Shown: positions 12,301 through 23,786 of the stretch, one piece after another
Numbering within the stretch: the first letter of the stretch is position 1
How the letters are laid out: every line of letters begins with the position of its first letter
NCBI RefSeq assembly: GCF_009914755.1
Contig: NC_060925.1
Reading direction: 5' to 3' (one strand)
DNA from: the human T2T-CHM13v2.0 reference genome, Homo sapiens
Length of the DNA stretch: 64,000 nucleotides
The notes under the pieces: generated by a model
What the model was told of the DNA's origin: nothing
The model's input: only the letters and a program-made list of their open reading frames with translations
The model's database searches: none
Translations under genes and position numbers: made by a program

Positions 12301-15028
12301 TCACACCCACAGGTCTCCCAGCCGCCCCTTCTCCTCTGCCGATCGCTCGCCCCGCTCTTCCTCGGGGAACTGGCAGCTTCTGGCGTCTTCGGTCGACGGC
12401 GGCACCTCCAGCAGCAGCTGGGTCTCTGCAGGGGGGCCACGGTCAGCAGGCAGCCATGCTCCCACCTCCCCGCACCAGGCTGTGACAGACCTCGGGGCCA
12501 CATGCACTGACTCCTCAGCTGCCAGATGTGCAGTCCAAGCTGGGCCGAGGTCAGGAGGAGGACGCAGGCGGCCACGGCCAGGAGGACGACGGTCAGCCAC
12601 CCAAGCGGCTCTGCCGGCGGGGACCCTGGGACGCACACAGCGTTGTGGGTCTTGTTCCCAGGGAACACAGTGAGAAACCCGAACTGGGTGCAGCTGGAAT
12701 ACATGGACGCGGCCTCCTATCAGCCCCCGGACACGGCCTCCGATCAGCCCCCGGCTGCTGCCCTCCGTGCTGTCTGGGGCAAGGGACAGGAGAGGACCCT
12801 TCCTCAGAGTGGGCCTGGACCACCCGGCCACCGGCAGGGCCCACCCAGGACTCACTCTGTCCAAGGTTTGCAGTGGCCTTCGTGGCCCCCGGAGAAGGTC
12901 CCCGAGGCACAGTCGATACACTGGAAGCCAAAACTGAATTTCCCTGGTGTGGGGTGTGGGGGGAGGGAGGGAGGGAGGCTGGTGGAGTTGCTGGGATGGA
13001 TGAGGAGGGCGTCAGGCCAGTGCAGGGGTCCATCTGGGGTCTGGGTGCTGAGTAGAATGCCCCCCCCATCATCCATTCAACAGAGTTCTTCATGGCCCAG
13101 GACTGGGGCCCATGTCTGCCCGTCCCAGGTGGGGCGTCTGGGGTGGGGCCCAGTGAGGGCACCTGGGGGAGGTGCGCAGAGTGCAGTGGGCCTGCCAGGG
13201 AGGGGAAAGGCCTGCCCATTGGGGGCTGAGGGTGGGCAGAAGCCAGGCAGGACCCAGTAGAACAGAGGGTGGAGAACAGTGAGGGTCCCAGAGAGAGTGA
13301 GGCTGGGTCCCAGTTGACCCCAGACCCTGCCCCGTCCAACCTGACACAACCTCCCCAGTTGTACCTTCTCCCAGCTCTCATGTGCCCAGCCTGACCTCTC
13401 CTGTCAGGTAAACAAGCCGCTAAGAGGACTTGAGCTGCTCCTTCCAGAACAGGGTGCAGCCCCAGGCCCCAGACAGGACTCCGGGGGGCACAGGGCAGGC
13501 TCTTTCAGTATGTGGTGAGGACAGACAGGATGGGTGTCCCGGGCCTGAGAGCCAGACAGCTCCTGGAACCCGCCCCCACCTCCCCGCAGGGTTCTCACAG
13601 CCCTCGTGCTGGATGGAGAAGCCCAGGCTGAGAAAGCAGGGACAGGACACCCCCAGAGCTTCATGGCCTGTGGTGCCTGAGCATGGCCTGGCCTGCCCGG
13701 CCTCACAGGACTCCGGACCCCACACACCACATGTCCTCGCCGGACACCTGTGCCCACGAGCTCTGCCTCGGGCCCTAGTGGAACCCCTGGCCTGTGTGGA
13801 CTCCCAGAGGCACCTCCAGGACTTACCCTGGGACTGTACCCCCTGGCCTGGGGGACAAGGGTGGTGCCGGCAGGTCGTGCAGCAAGGGTCTCCGCAGTGG
13901 AATTCAGGCTGGACACACATGCAGTCCCACTCGGAACAGCACTCCTCGCCTGGGCAGGAGACAGGCCAGCCCCCCAGCAGCTGGGCTGAGGCCCCCTCCT
14001 CCCCAGGCCTCCCCTCGGCCCTCCAGGGGAGTGAGGTTGTCCGTTCTCCACCCACAGTTGGCTCCAGGGAGCAGAGGGCTCCTGGCTGGGAGTCTGGACC
14101 CTGGGTTTATCCAGCTGTCTCTTTCTCCTGGGGCCATGTGGCCTGGCTACTCCCCCTTTGCGCCCCACAGCTGCCCCTGCCCAGGTGCTAACTCCATATG
14201 CAACCAGGAGCTGCCCCTGCAGGACCCAGGGGTGGCCCCCAACAGTGCACAGTCCCCTGGAGGCCCGTCGACACCTCAGAGGCCGCCTGCCTGGTGTCTG
14301 GGCGCTGCTGTCCCCACCACCAGCCACACTGGGCCTCCGGACAGAGCCTCCCTTCCCAACCCACAGGCCCTGGAGGAAGAAGCTCTGGGGTGACTTCCCT
14401 GCCAGCTTCCTCTCCAGACCAGCCGTGTCAGCTGAACCCTCATCCCCAGGTGCAGGTCAGAGGCAGGCAGCAGGCCAGACGGTGGTGCAGGGGGGCCCTC
14501 AACTGGGCAGGAGGGGGCTGGGCGATGGCCAAGGGCTCACGACCCGCCCAGCAGGACCTGGAACAGCCGTCCTCCACCTCCAGACCCCAGACCCCTCTTG
14601 AGGGCGCTCCCACCTGGCTCACCCCTGCTCCCGGCCGGGGCCACTGGCTGGAGCTGGCACACCTCCGCCTCCCTCTGGGATCCTGCCTCCCTCCGGAAGG
14701 CTCCCGCTGCTGGCGGCTCTGTGCCCACCCTCCTTAGACCTCAGCAACGCCGGTCTGAGCACGGGAAGGGGGGCGCCCACCCATCCCGGCTTCCGCGGGA
14801 CGCCTTGGCCGGTCCGCGTTAAGTAAACGCGGTTTACTTACCCGGGTAATCGCGGCAGCAGCGCGTCGTGTGAACCCGGCAGCAGCGCGCGTCCGTTCCC
14901 GTCCCAAGCAGGAGGCGCCCAGGGCCGCACCCGGGACCCCCGGTGGGGCGCTGACCCAGGCTGAGCGCGCACAGCAGCGCCAGGCCGCACAGGGCCCGAA
15001 ACGCGCCCATCGCCCCGTGCTGTGCCAT
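12301..15028 (-). CDS. TNFRSF18: TNF receptor superfamily 18 (GITR/AITR), 241 aa. Exons 15028-14842, 13949-13827, 12943-12856, 12693-12491, 12425-12301
   Basis: Signal peptide MAQHGAMGAFRALCGLALLCALSLG, Cys-rich repeats, TM LGWLTVVLLAVAACVLLLTSAQLGLHIW, tail ...FPEEERGE...DLWV. Exons sum to 726 nt. An alternative donor at 12512 and an alternative-frame tail ending at 12048 are visible. Confidence 0.98.
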
Positions 15029-15159
15029 GCTCGGGTTTCAAGAGCCCACAGCCAGTTGGACACGCCCCGTCCCCGTCCTCACCCGCCCTGCCCGGAGGTG
15101 GCTGGGACCGTTCATGACCTGAGAATCCCGACCCAGGTGAAGTGCGTGTGAGGAGGGGG

Positions 15160-15620
15160 TGTAGACACTGCGGACACAGCCCGGTCCCCCGCAGGTCGCC
15201 GGCAGGGGCGGGGAAACCAGGCTGGCGGGGATCAGAAAGGTTTTCTATGCAAAGTCTGCGGCCACATTGGTGTCCCCAGTGCAGGGGGCGGCGTTTATAG
15301 CACCTTGTCCCATGGGGGCCCCTTGGAGGGCGGGGGTCAGCCAATCACTCCTCCATCCCACTGCCTCCGGGTGGTATCTGCGAGTCCCCGAGAGGTCTCC
15401 ACAAATTCTGGCCACCCCCAGAGAGCCTCAACCATGGAGCCCCGTGCTGGGGAACCCCACAGAATGGGGACAGGGACCCCTCGGCTCAGCACACCCCACC
15501 TGGCTGGCTTCAGGTGTGAAACTCACCATGGGCTGCAGGCCTGTGGGCTCCCCTCCCCCTTGCTTGCAGCTCTCCAGGACCCCCCTCAGGCCAACCTGGG
15601 AAGTTCCCCGGGGCTTGGGA
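15160..15620 (-). promoter_or_regulatory. TNFRSF18 promoter region
   Basis: TATAAA on minus at 15294-15299, GC boxes, GGGGAAACC near 15210, kB consensus GGGAAGTTCCCC 15598-15609. Confidence 0.6.
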
Positions 15621-16284
15621 GGGGCACCAGGAGGAGCTGGTGGGGAGACGAGAGGGTGCTGGCGCCTCCTCGGGACAGTGTCAGCCGCCCCCGCGGGCAC
15701 CCAGGGCCCGGTCTCTCAGAGCCACCTTCATCCGTCACACCAGACAGATCCAGGTCCCGGAGGGAGTTGAGGAGGAGCCCCTCGCAGAGCTCTTGGGAGA
15801 CTGTCCTATGTCTTTCTGAGCCTCAGTTTCCCCTGTGGGCACCGAGGGGTTCTGGGACCCTGCCTCCACCAGGAAGCCTCCCTGGATTGCCCAGCCCTGC
15901 TTCTGCGCCGTCCAGCACAGGTGGAGACCCCCATGAATGCTGGGGGTGGGGGCTCTCGGGAACGTGAGCGTGGATGTGGTTCAACACCCTTTTGAGACCT
16001 GCAGCCACCGCCTCACCCCGTAAGGCGGTTCCTCCTTTTCCAAGGTAAATGACAGGAATTAGCTGTTTGTGACACCCCGGAGTTCTCAAATCCAAGATGT
16101 AGGAGCCTGCCTTGGAGAGGCAGCCCTCAGACACTGCAGAGAAGGAAGGGGTCTCTGCAGCTCCAGGCCGCCCCGACGCTCGGAAGGAAAGGGGTGGGGC
16201 CAGCTGGGCCTGGGGGCCTTTGAGAGGCCTGGAGATCTTCAGCCCCGAGGCTGGGAGGGGGTCTGGGCCCCTGGATAGAAAGAG

Positions 16285-16651
<367 letters not shown>

Positions 16652-17984
16652 TTATGGGGCCAAGTGGGAGGCGGCCAGCGGGCAGAGGAGCCCCTCCCCC
16701 CCGCCCCGTGGCGCAGCTGACACTTTGAACAGCCGGAGAGCAGCTTGCCACACAGGGTGGTCCCCGGAGGGGCTGCAGGGGTGTGACGTCCACCCTCCCA
16801 TCCCTCTCGCCGCAGAAGGCCCCTCCCCGGCTCCCCGTGACTCCTATCCTTGGGCTGCGAGGCTGGAGGTGACTTGTTCATCTTATTGAGCAGCTCACCG
16901 GTGACACAAATGACGGGGCATTCACACAGCAGAGCAGCCCACGGGCCGGGCGAGGGACAGCCCTTGCGTACGTCCAGAAGGGCAGCTGTGAGGCCCCACG
17001 GGGAGGGTGCAGATGGGCACTGAGCCAGAGTTCAGGCAGGGCCTTCGGCACAGATGGCACAGGAGTTGCCAGCAGAGATGGCGTCAGGCGAGGGGGCGGG
17101 GAGGGTGAGCATGGAGACCAAGAGGAGGTGGCCCCGTGTCCATCTGGGGGTGCGGCAAGGGGTCCTGCTGGGGAATAAGTCCCACGGGGCCTGGGGGGTG
17201 CTGTGCCCAGAGGGGAGGAGACAGGAAGCGATGGGTATGGGCGCCAGGTTTGGGGAGGAGGCCCCTTTCCCATAGCCGTCGACCTGCGGGCCCCACAGGA
17301 TCTGGCCGCTCCAGTCCCGGCCACCTGACCCCTTCCCCCACCCACCCGCCATCCTGCCTGGAGGTCTGGCCTCGCCTGCCCCACGGGGCGGGGGGCGGGG
17401 GGCTCTCAGAGGCGCGGCCCCAACCCTGTGCAGGGCCTGCAGGCTGAACCGTGTGCAGGAACCCGGGGAACTCGGTGAAGGTGCTGGATGGGGGACAGGA
17501 CGGCCTCTGACTTCCCTATGCTGCGGGGGGGGAGGCTTGTGGTTAGCAGAGAGTGGGTGGAAGACAGAGGTTTGAGGAGAGAGAGACCCAGGGGAGAAAA
17601 CCAGCTGCAGAGGCAGGAGGGGTCCAGGGCAGCCCGAGGCCAGAGATGGGCGTCTTCCTTACAGCCACCTGTGGTCCCGGCACCTTGGGCTGTTGTGAGT
17701 GGCGCGTGGCGCTCCCACTGTGCACCCCCGGGGCCGGTTCCCCACTTCCACGACACCGGCAGGGGGGAGCCATCCGCCAGGCACAGGAGGCCTGGACAGC
17801 CGTGGGCAGCGTGCGCTGTTGGAGGACGCAGGGAGAGGGAAGGCTGGCCCAGGGACGCTGTGTGGGGCAGCGGGTGCAGCTGCGGGGCTGGGCCACACCA
17901 GCCACGGTAGCCGGAGTGTCCAGGCTGTGCCAGGCCCTCAGCAAAACCTTCCATGAGGCTTCATGTGTTTCTTCTTAAGTAATT

Positions 17985-18582
17985 TTTTTAAATTTCTTTT
18001 TTTTTTTCCAGTCACGTCTCACTGCAGCCTCCATCTCTTGGGCTCAAGTGATCCTCCCACCTCGGCCTCCCAAGTAGCCGGGACCACAGGCATGCACCAC
18101 CACACCCGGCTGATTTTTTCTATTTTTCATAGAAAAGGGTCTTGCCATGTTACCCAGGCGGGTCTCAAACTCCTGAGCTCAGACGATCGTCTGGCCTCAG
18201 CCTCCCAAAGTGCTAGGATTCTAGGCGTGAGCCACCGTGACCGGCCTCGGCTGTGTGTTTCTTGCTCATGAGTGCAGTGAGGGCCAGGCGTGGTGGCTCA
18301 CACCTGGAATCGCAGTACTCCAGGGCACCGAGGCAGGTGGATCACCTGAGGTCAGGAGTTCAAGACCAGCTTAGCCAACATGGTGAAACCCTGTCTCTAA
18401 TAAAATACAAAAATTAGCCGGGTGTGGTGCTGGGCGCCTGTAGTCCCAGCTACTTGGGAGGCTGAGGCAGGAGAATGGCGTGAACCCGGGAGGCAGAGGT
18501 TGGTGAGCTGAGATCACACCACTGCACTCCAGCCTGGGTGACACAGCAAGACTCCGGCAAAAAAAAAAAAAGAAAGAAAAAA
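17985..18582. mobile_element. Head-to-head Alu pair: antisense about 17985-18248, sense 18282-18582
   Basis: Alu arms on opposite strands. The second Alu is flanked by TSD AGTGCAGTGAG. Confidence 0.88.
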
Positions 18583-19496
18583 CAAGTGCAGTGAGACGTC
18601 TTAGCCCTCGGGAGTGTTTCTCTTCAGCCCCTGACACCATGGAGGCGAACAGGCACCTCCGCCTCCCGAGGGACACAGATGTCGCTTAGACGCCCGGGGT
18701 GTCTTCCCTGCGGGAAGCCTGCAGGGCTGCTCCCGCCTTGTTCCCGAGCTGTGGCCTCGGGCGTGACTGGCGCTCGGGAGCAGGCTCTGTGCTGCTCGAA
18801 GGATACCCCACTCCCAGACACCAGCTTGAGAAGATTCCCGCACGGCCGGGGACGGCCCCAGGGCCTTGGGAGCGTCTGTGGACACCTGTGGTGTGGGCCG
18901 AGGAGCTGGGAGCTCATCTGAACACGCCAGCACTCGCGCATCCACGCTGCTGGCGGATGCCTGGGTTTCTCCACTGTGGGGCCACGTTACATGAAGTCGC
19001 TGTGGTCATTCTCATTCAGATCCCAGGACTCTTAAGTGCGCAGGAGTGGGACGGCCGGGGCCCAGGGTGGACAGAAAGTTGGCTCAAGCAGAAACTGTGG
19101 TTTCCAAGGTGACTGTCCCCCTGGACACCTATGGCAGGGACATAGGGGCCGTGTGGGCCCTTTGCAGGGACTCCTCGGGGTGCTCAGGGGCCCTGGGACC
19201 CCCTTCCAGGTGCAGCAAGGGGTGGGCGTAGGTGTGGAGGGGAAGAGGGGCAGGTCTCTACACTCCTCCTCCAAGGACACAGAGCCCCGGGGGTCAGCCA
19301 CTCCCAAGCTCCTTGGGCAACCCGGGGCTCAGGGGCCAGCTGCCCTTGTCAGCGCCTGGCCAGGAACCTCCACCCCAGGCAGCCTTGGGCCTGAGCTTTC
19401 CCAGTCTCTCCCCCCGCTCCCCACTCAATCTGGAACTCGCACCCAGGGACCAACCTCCAGGGTCCCACTTGACCCCGCTACCCTCACCTCCACCCT

Positions 19497-19757
19497 GGCC
19501 CAAGACCCCTCTCCAGCCACAGGTTGGCACAGCCCAAGTCTCCCAAGACCCCTCTCCAGCCACAGGTTGGCACGGCCCAAGTCTCCCAAGACCCCTTTCC
19601 AGCCACAGGTTGGCACGGCCCAAGTCTCCCAAGACCCCTCTCCAGCCAGAGGCGGGCACGGCCCAAGCCTCCCAAGACCCCTGTCCAGCCAGAGGCGGGC
19701 ACGGCCCAAGCCTCCCAAGACCCCTCTCCAGTCAGAGGCGGGCACGGCCCAAGCCTC
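19497..19757. repeat. 43-bp minisatellite, about 6 copies, just downstream of the TNFRSF4 poly(A) signal
   Basis: CAAGACCCCT-type unit recurs at 43-nt spacing (19501, 19544...). Confidence 0.93.
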
Positions 19758-19813
19758 CATGCCACAGGTGTGCAGCCCACAGTGCCGGTCGGAGACTCCC
19801 GTCTGCCAAGGTT

Positions 19814-19819
19814 TTTATT
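19814..19819 (-). terminator. AATAAA poly(A) signal of TNFRSF4
   Basis: TTTATT on + strand about 190 nt past the stop. Confidence 0.85.
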
Positions 19820-20011
19820 GTGGTCCCGCGGGGCAGGAGGTATGCATGGCATACGTAAGCAGAGAGCCGGAGGCAGCCATCGGCACCTAGAACGGTGCAG
19901 AGTTGGCCCAGGAGCGTGGCGGGGCAGGCGGCCTGCACCTGCCCTGCTCGCCCAGCAGACCCTCCGGGCTCCAGCCTGGCGGGGCCCAGCGTCCACCTTG
20001 GTGGGCCCAGG

Positions 20012-22584
20012 TCAGATCTTGGCCAGGGTGGAGTGGGCGTCGGCCTGCTCCTCTTGGATGGGGGTCCGGAAACTGCCTCCCCCTGGGGAGGAAAAAAGGA
20101 GAGATTGGTGGGTGGGCCTCACCCGCCAGGAGCAGTGCGGCAGGGCCATGAGGCACTCACCAGGGGGCTTGTGGGCATCGGGGGGCAGCCTCTGGTCCCT
20201 CCGGAGCAGGTACAGGGCCAGCAGGATGGCCAGGGGGCCCAGCAGCCCCAGCACCAGGCCCAGGCCCAGGATGGCGGCAACCGCACGGCCTGCAGGAAGG
20301 GGTCTGCTGGGTGGGGTCCACAGGAGGGGCCCCCATGCCGCCCTCCCCTTCTCCTATTCGGGTTGGGGGCCCCGCTGGGCTGGGCCAGGCGCCCTTACCC
20401 CCGGGGACCTCCACGGGCCGGGTGGAGGGTCCCTGTGAGGTTCTGGGCCAGGCTTCAGTGGGCTGGACAGTGATGGGCCTGGCCGGGGGGCCCTGGGTCT
20501 CCTGGGGCTGCGTGGCTGGGGGGTCCCTGTCCTCACAGATTGCGTCCGAGCTATTGCTGGCCGGCTGCAGGGTGTGCTTCCCAGCCAAGGTGCAGCTGTT
20601 GGGGAACAGGAGGTGTTGCTCAGGCCAGAAACCCCCTGGGACCCGGGAGATGCGGTGGGGATAACAGGGTCCACGCTGGCCAGCCACAGGCAGCATCTAC
20701 CACAGACACCAGGCCAGTGACAGCCAAGGACGCTGCCCAGCCCCACGTGCCCCCCACAGGGGCCTCCAAGGCCACACACCCTTCTCCCACATCTACACCC
20801 CCCACCAGCACCTCCCTGTCCTGTGCCCCCAGGGCCTCCCAGCTGCGGAGGGTGAGGGTCCCACACACCCAGCTCCACCCACAGGGAAAGGCTGCCCCCA
20901 GGCAGCAGCTTCCTGCTCCCCAACCAGGTCCAGCCACATAGCCAGGCCCCCAGGGCCACCAGCACCTCCCCTTCCCCCAAAACTGCCCCCACCCCACCTG
21001 CCCCCCCAGCCCCTCCCAGCTCCCCAGCTCCTCCGCCCTCCTAACCACCCCAACCCCCCCCCAGCCCCTCCCAGCCCCTGGCCAGGCCCCTCACTTGGTC
21101 CAGGGCTTGCAGGCCTGGTTGTCGCCTGGGGAGAAGTGCCCTGGAGGGCAGGGGGCACAGTCTGCAACAAAGATAGGGTGGTCAGGGGCTGCCCACAGGC
21201 CCCGGGTGCTGGGGACATGGGGCAGAGCCTGTGGGGCAGGCACTTGCCCCCCATGGCTGGGTGGTGGGTTTGGCCTCTGGAAGCCCTCCCTGCCCACATC
21301 CCACCCGTGGGCCCTGACCCGGGAGCTCGGTCTTGAGGATGCCAGAGGAGGCACCGGTGGGGCCAGGTCCCTGCGGCCCACGGCCCATCTGCGTCACAGA
21401 CAGCCGCTATGCACACCCCCAACCGCCGGCCGCAGCCACCGAGCTCACCAACTCCAGGCTTGTAGCTGTCCAGGGGCTGGGTGCCCGCCCGGCAGCGGCA
21501 GACTGTGTCCTGTGTGGCCGTGCACAGCTGCTTCCGCTCACTCCCACTTCCTGAGCAGGGGCCGGATGGGGGGGTGGTCAGGTGGGGGCTGTGGACAGGG
21601 TCCTCAGGAAGCGTGGGCACTGGAGGACAGGTTGGCCTCCCCACCACACAGAGGGCCGTGGGCAGGGGTCTGCGGCCTCCCCTGAGACTTGGAGCCCCTG
21701 CAGCCCCCGAGGCTCCTGGGCCCTCCCTTCCTGGCCACAACCTGGGGCTGGTTCCGTGGCAGCCCCAGCCACCCTTCCCTACCCCTCCACCGCCTCCAGC
21801 CGCCAGCCCCGCCTGCGGCAGGGTCTCCATGGCCCAACCCCCCAGCCTCACTGCTCAGGCCAGCAAGGCCAGGCCACATGGCCAGCGTGGTCTCCCCGAC
21901 TCCACGTGGCCTGGGCCGAGTCTGGGCCCCCGGAGGGAGAGGGGGTGCCCCTGGGAGACGCCTCAGCTCCTCGAAGGACCCCTGTGGCGGAGCAGACCCC
22001 GCTGTGGTTTGAGGTTCGTTTCTGCGGCTGTGGGAGCCCCATGCTGCTGCGTGGGAATGTGGGTGCCAGGCTGCCGCCCCCTGTGCTGGGTGGGGCTGTG
22101 GGGCCAGGTGGGAGCTCACTGAGGTTACACCACGTGCAGGGCTTGCACGGCTTGGAGCTGACCACGTCGTTGTAGAAGCCCGGCCCGCACGGACGGCACA
22201 CCGTGTTCTGGGAGCGGCTGCAGCGGCTCACCATCCCGTTGCCTGCAGCAGAGGCCGGCGTCAGGCAGCGGTCAGGCCCCAGGCTTGCGCCCGTGGACCC
22301 CCCCAGGCGGCTCCTCTGCCAGGCTTGGCCGGCCCCTCACCCGCCCCCTCCCCAGGACCAGCCTCCTGGCTGGCCCATCCCTGCCCCAGCCCCCAGTCCC
22401 TGGAGTGCCCGTGCGTGGCGACCCCTCCTGAGGCCTCACCTGGCCTGCACTCGTGGCAGCACCGGTCGTTGCTGGGGTAGGTGTCCCCGACACAGTGGAG
22501 CCCCGTCACGGTGCTCAGCCCCAGGCCCAGGAGGAGCAGAGCCGCACACGGCCCGCGGCCCAGCCGCCGAGCCCCCACGCACAT
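20012..22584 (-). CDS. TNFRSF4: TNF receptor superfamily 4 (OX40/CD134), 277 aa. Exons 22584-22440, 22242-22120, 21550-21449, 21161-21095, 20595-20399, 20289-20161, 20082-20012
   Basis: MCVGARRLGRGPCAALLLLGLG..., CRDs, TM segment, TRAF motif PIQEE, end STLAKI. Exons sum to 834 nt. Confidence 0.98.
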
Positions 22585-23023
22585 CCTCGTCTCTGCTGTC
22601 GCCAGAGTCTGGGTTTTCCTTGCGGGGTGTGGCTATAAGGACTGTGGAGGAGGGGAGGGGAGAGGGGAGGAGGGCAGAGGAGGCGGGAGGAGGAAGGTGG
22701 CAGGCCGGGGACCCTGGCTGTGGGCTGGGCACAAAGGCGGGGTCTGGGCACCCCCAGCATTGGCTTATTCTGCCTTCTGACCTCTTCTGCCCAAGACCAC
22801 CGTGTTCAGACCCCAGGGCACAGTAGGGCCTGGCCTGCGGCTCGACCCTCAGCAAAAAGGTCCATGGAGCACGTGGGTAAACTGAGGCAGCACTGAGTCA
22901 GGAGAGGCAACTCCTCAGTCTGGACCTTCAGGGCTGTGGCACTGCTGAAGCATGGTCCCCCTTGTATGCCCAAGACTAGCTCTGAGCAGCAGTGACCACA
23001 GCCATGGTAAGACAGACACCCAT

Positions 23024-23318
23024 GGCCAGGCACGGTGGCTCCCGCCTGTAATCCCAGCACTTTGGGAGGCCAAGGCGGGTGGATCACCTGAGGTCAGGAG
23101 TTCAAGACCAGTCTGGCTAACATGGCGAAATCCCGTCTCTACTAAAACTACAAAAATTATTCGGGCGTGGTGGCGGGCGCCGGTAATCCCAGCTAGTCAG
23201 GAGGCTGAGGTAGCAGAATCACTCGAACCCAGGAGACAGAAGTTGCAAAGCAGAGGTGGCGCCACTGCACTCCAGCCTGGGCGACAGGGCGAGACTCATC
23301 TCAAAAAAAAAAAAAAAG
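23024..23318 (+). mobile_element. AluS
   Basis: Dimeric Alu with A tail, flanked by AAGAC..ACCC-like duplicated sequence. Confidence 0.88.
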
Positions 23319-23366
23319 ACACCCGTGACCACAGCCCACGCTGAGTGTGCCTGAGCACGGCAGGTG

Positions 23367-23475
23367 TCTATGGCTGAACTGTGCCCCTTAAATTCCTGCG
23401 TGGAAGCCCTAACCCCCATGTGGCAGTGTTTGGAGACAGGCCTCTGAGGAGGTGGTGAGGGTGGGTCCTGGATGG
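23367..23475 (+). mobile_element. MLT1 (MaLR) LTR fragment
   Basis: TATGGCTGAACTGTGCCCC...GAAGCCCTAACCCCCA...TTTGGAGACAGG resembles the MLT1 5' end. Confidence 0.55.
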
Positions 23476-23717
23476 CCTGGCGCACACGGGCACGCAGGCA
23501 GGTTTCCACCTTCTATGCAAACAGTTCTCAGGTTCCAGGTTTGCCCAGAGGATGCGAACTGCCCGGAGAGCTGGGGAGCAGGTGCGGGGCTGGGGGCTCC
23601 CTGGGCCCTTTCTGCACCTTTCAAATAACTGTGACCAGCCTGTGATTATCCAAAAGTTCATTTTTGAAGTTGCAAGTGGAGAGGGGCCTCTAGGAACAGA
23701 GCAGCAGGGAAGGGGCT

Positions 23718-23786
23718 GGAAATCCCCTCCTCCCAGGAGCACAGGAAACAGCTGCCTGTCCTCGGCCCACCCGTGGGGAAATTCCC
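23718..23786 (-). promoter_or_regulatory. Paired NF-kB sites about 1.1-1.2 kb upstream of TNFRSF4
   Basis: GGAAATCCCC 23718-23727 and GGGGAAATTCCC 23775-23786 fit GGGRNNYYCC. OX40 is an established NF-kB/Tax-inducible gene. Confidence 0.65.
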
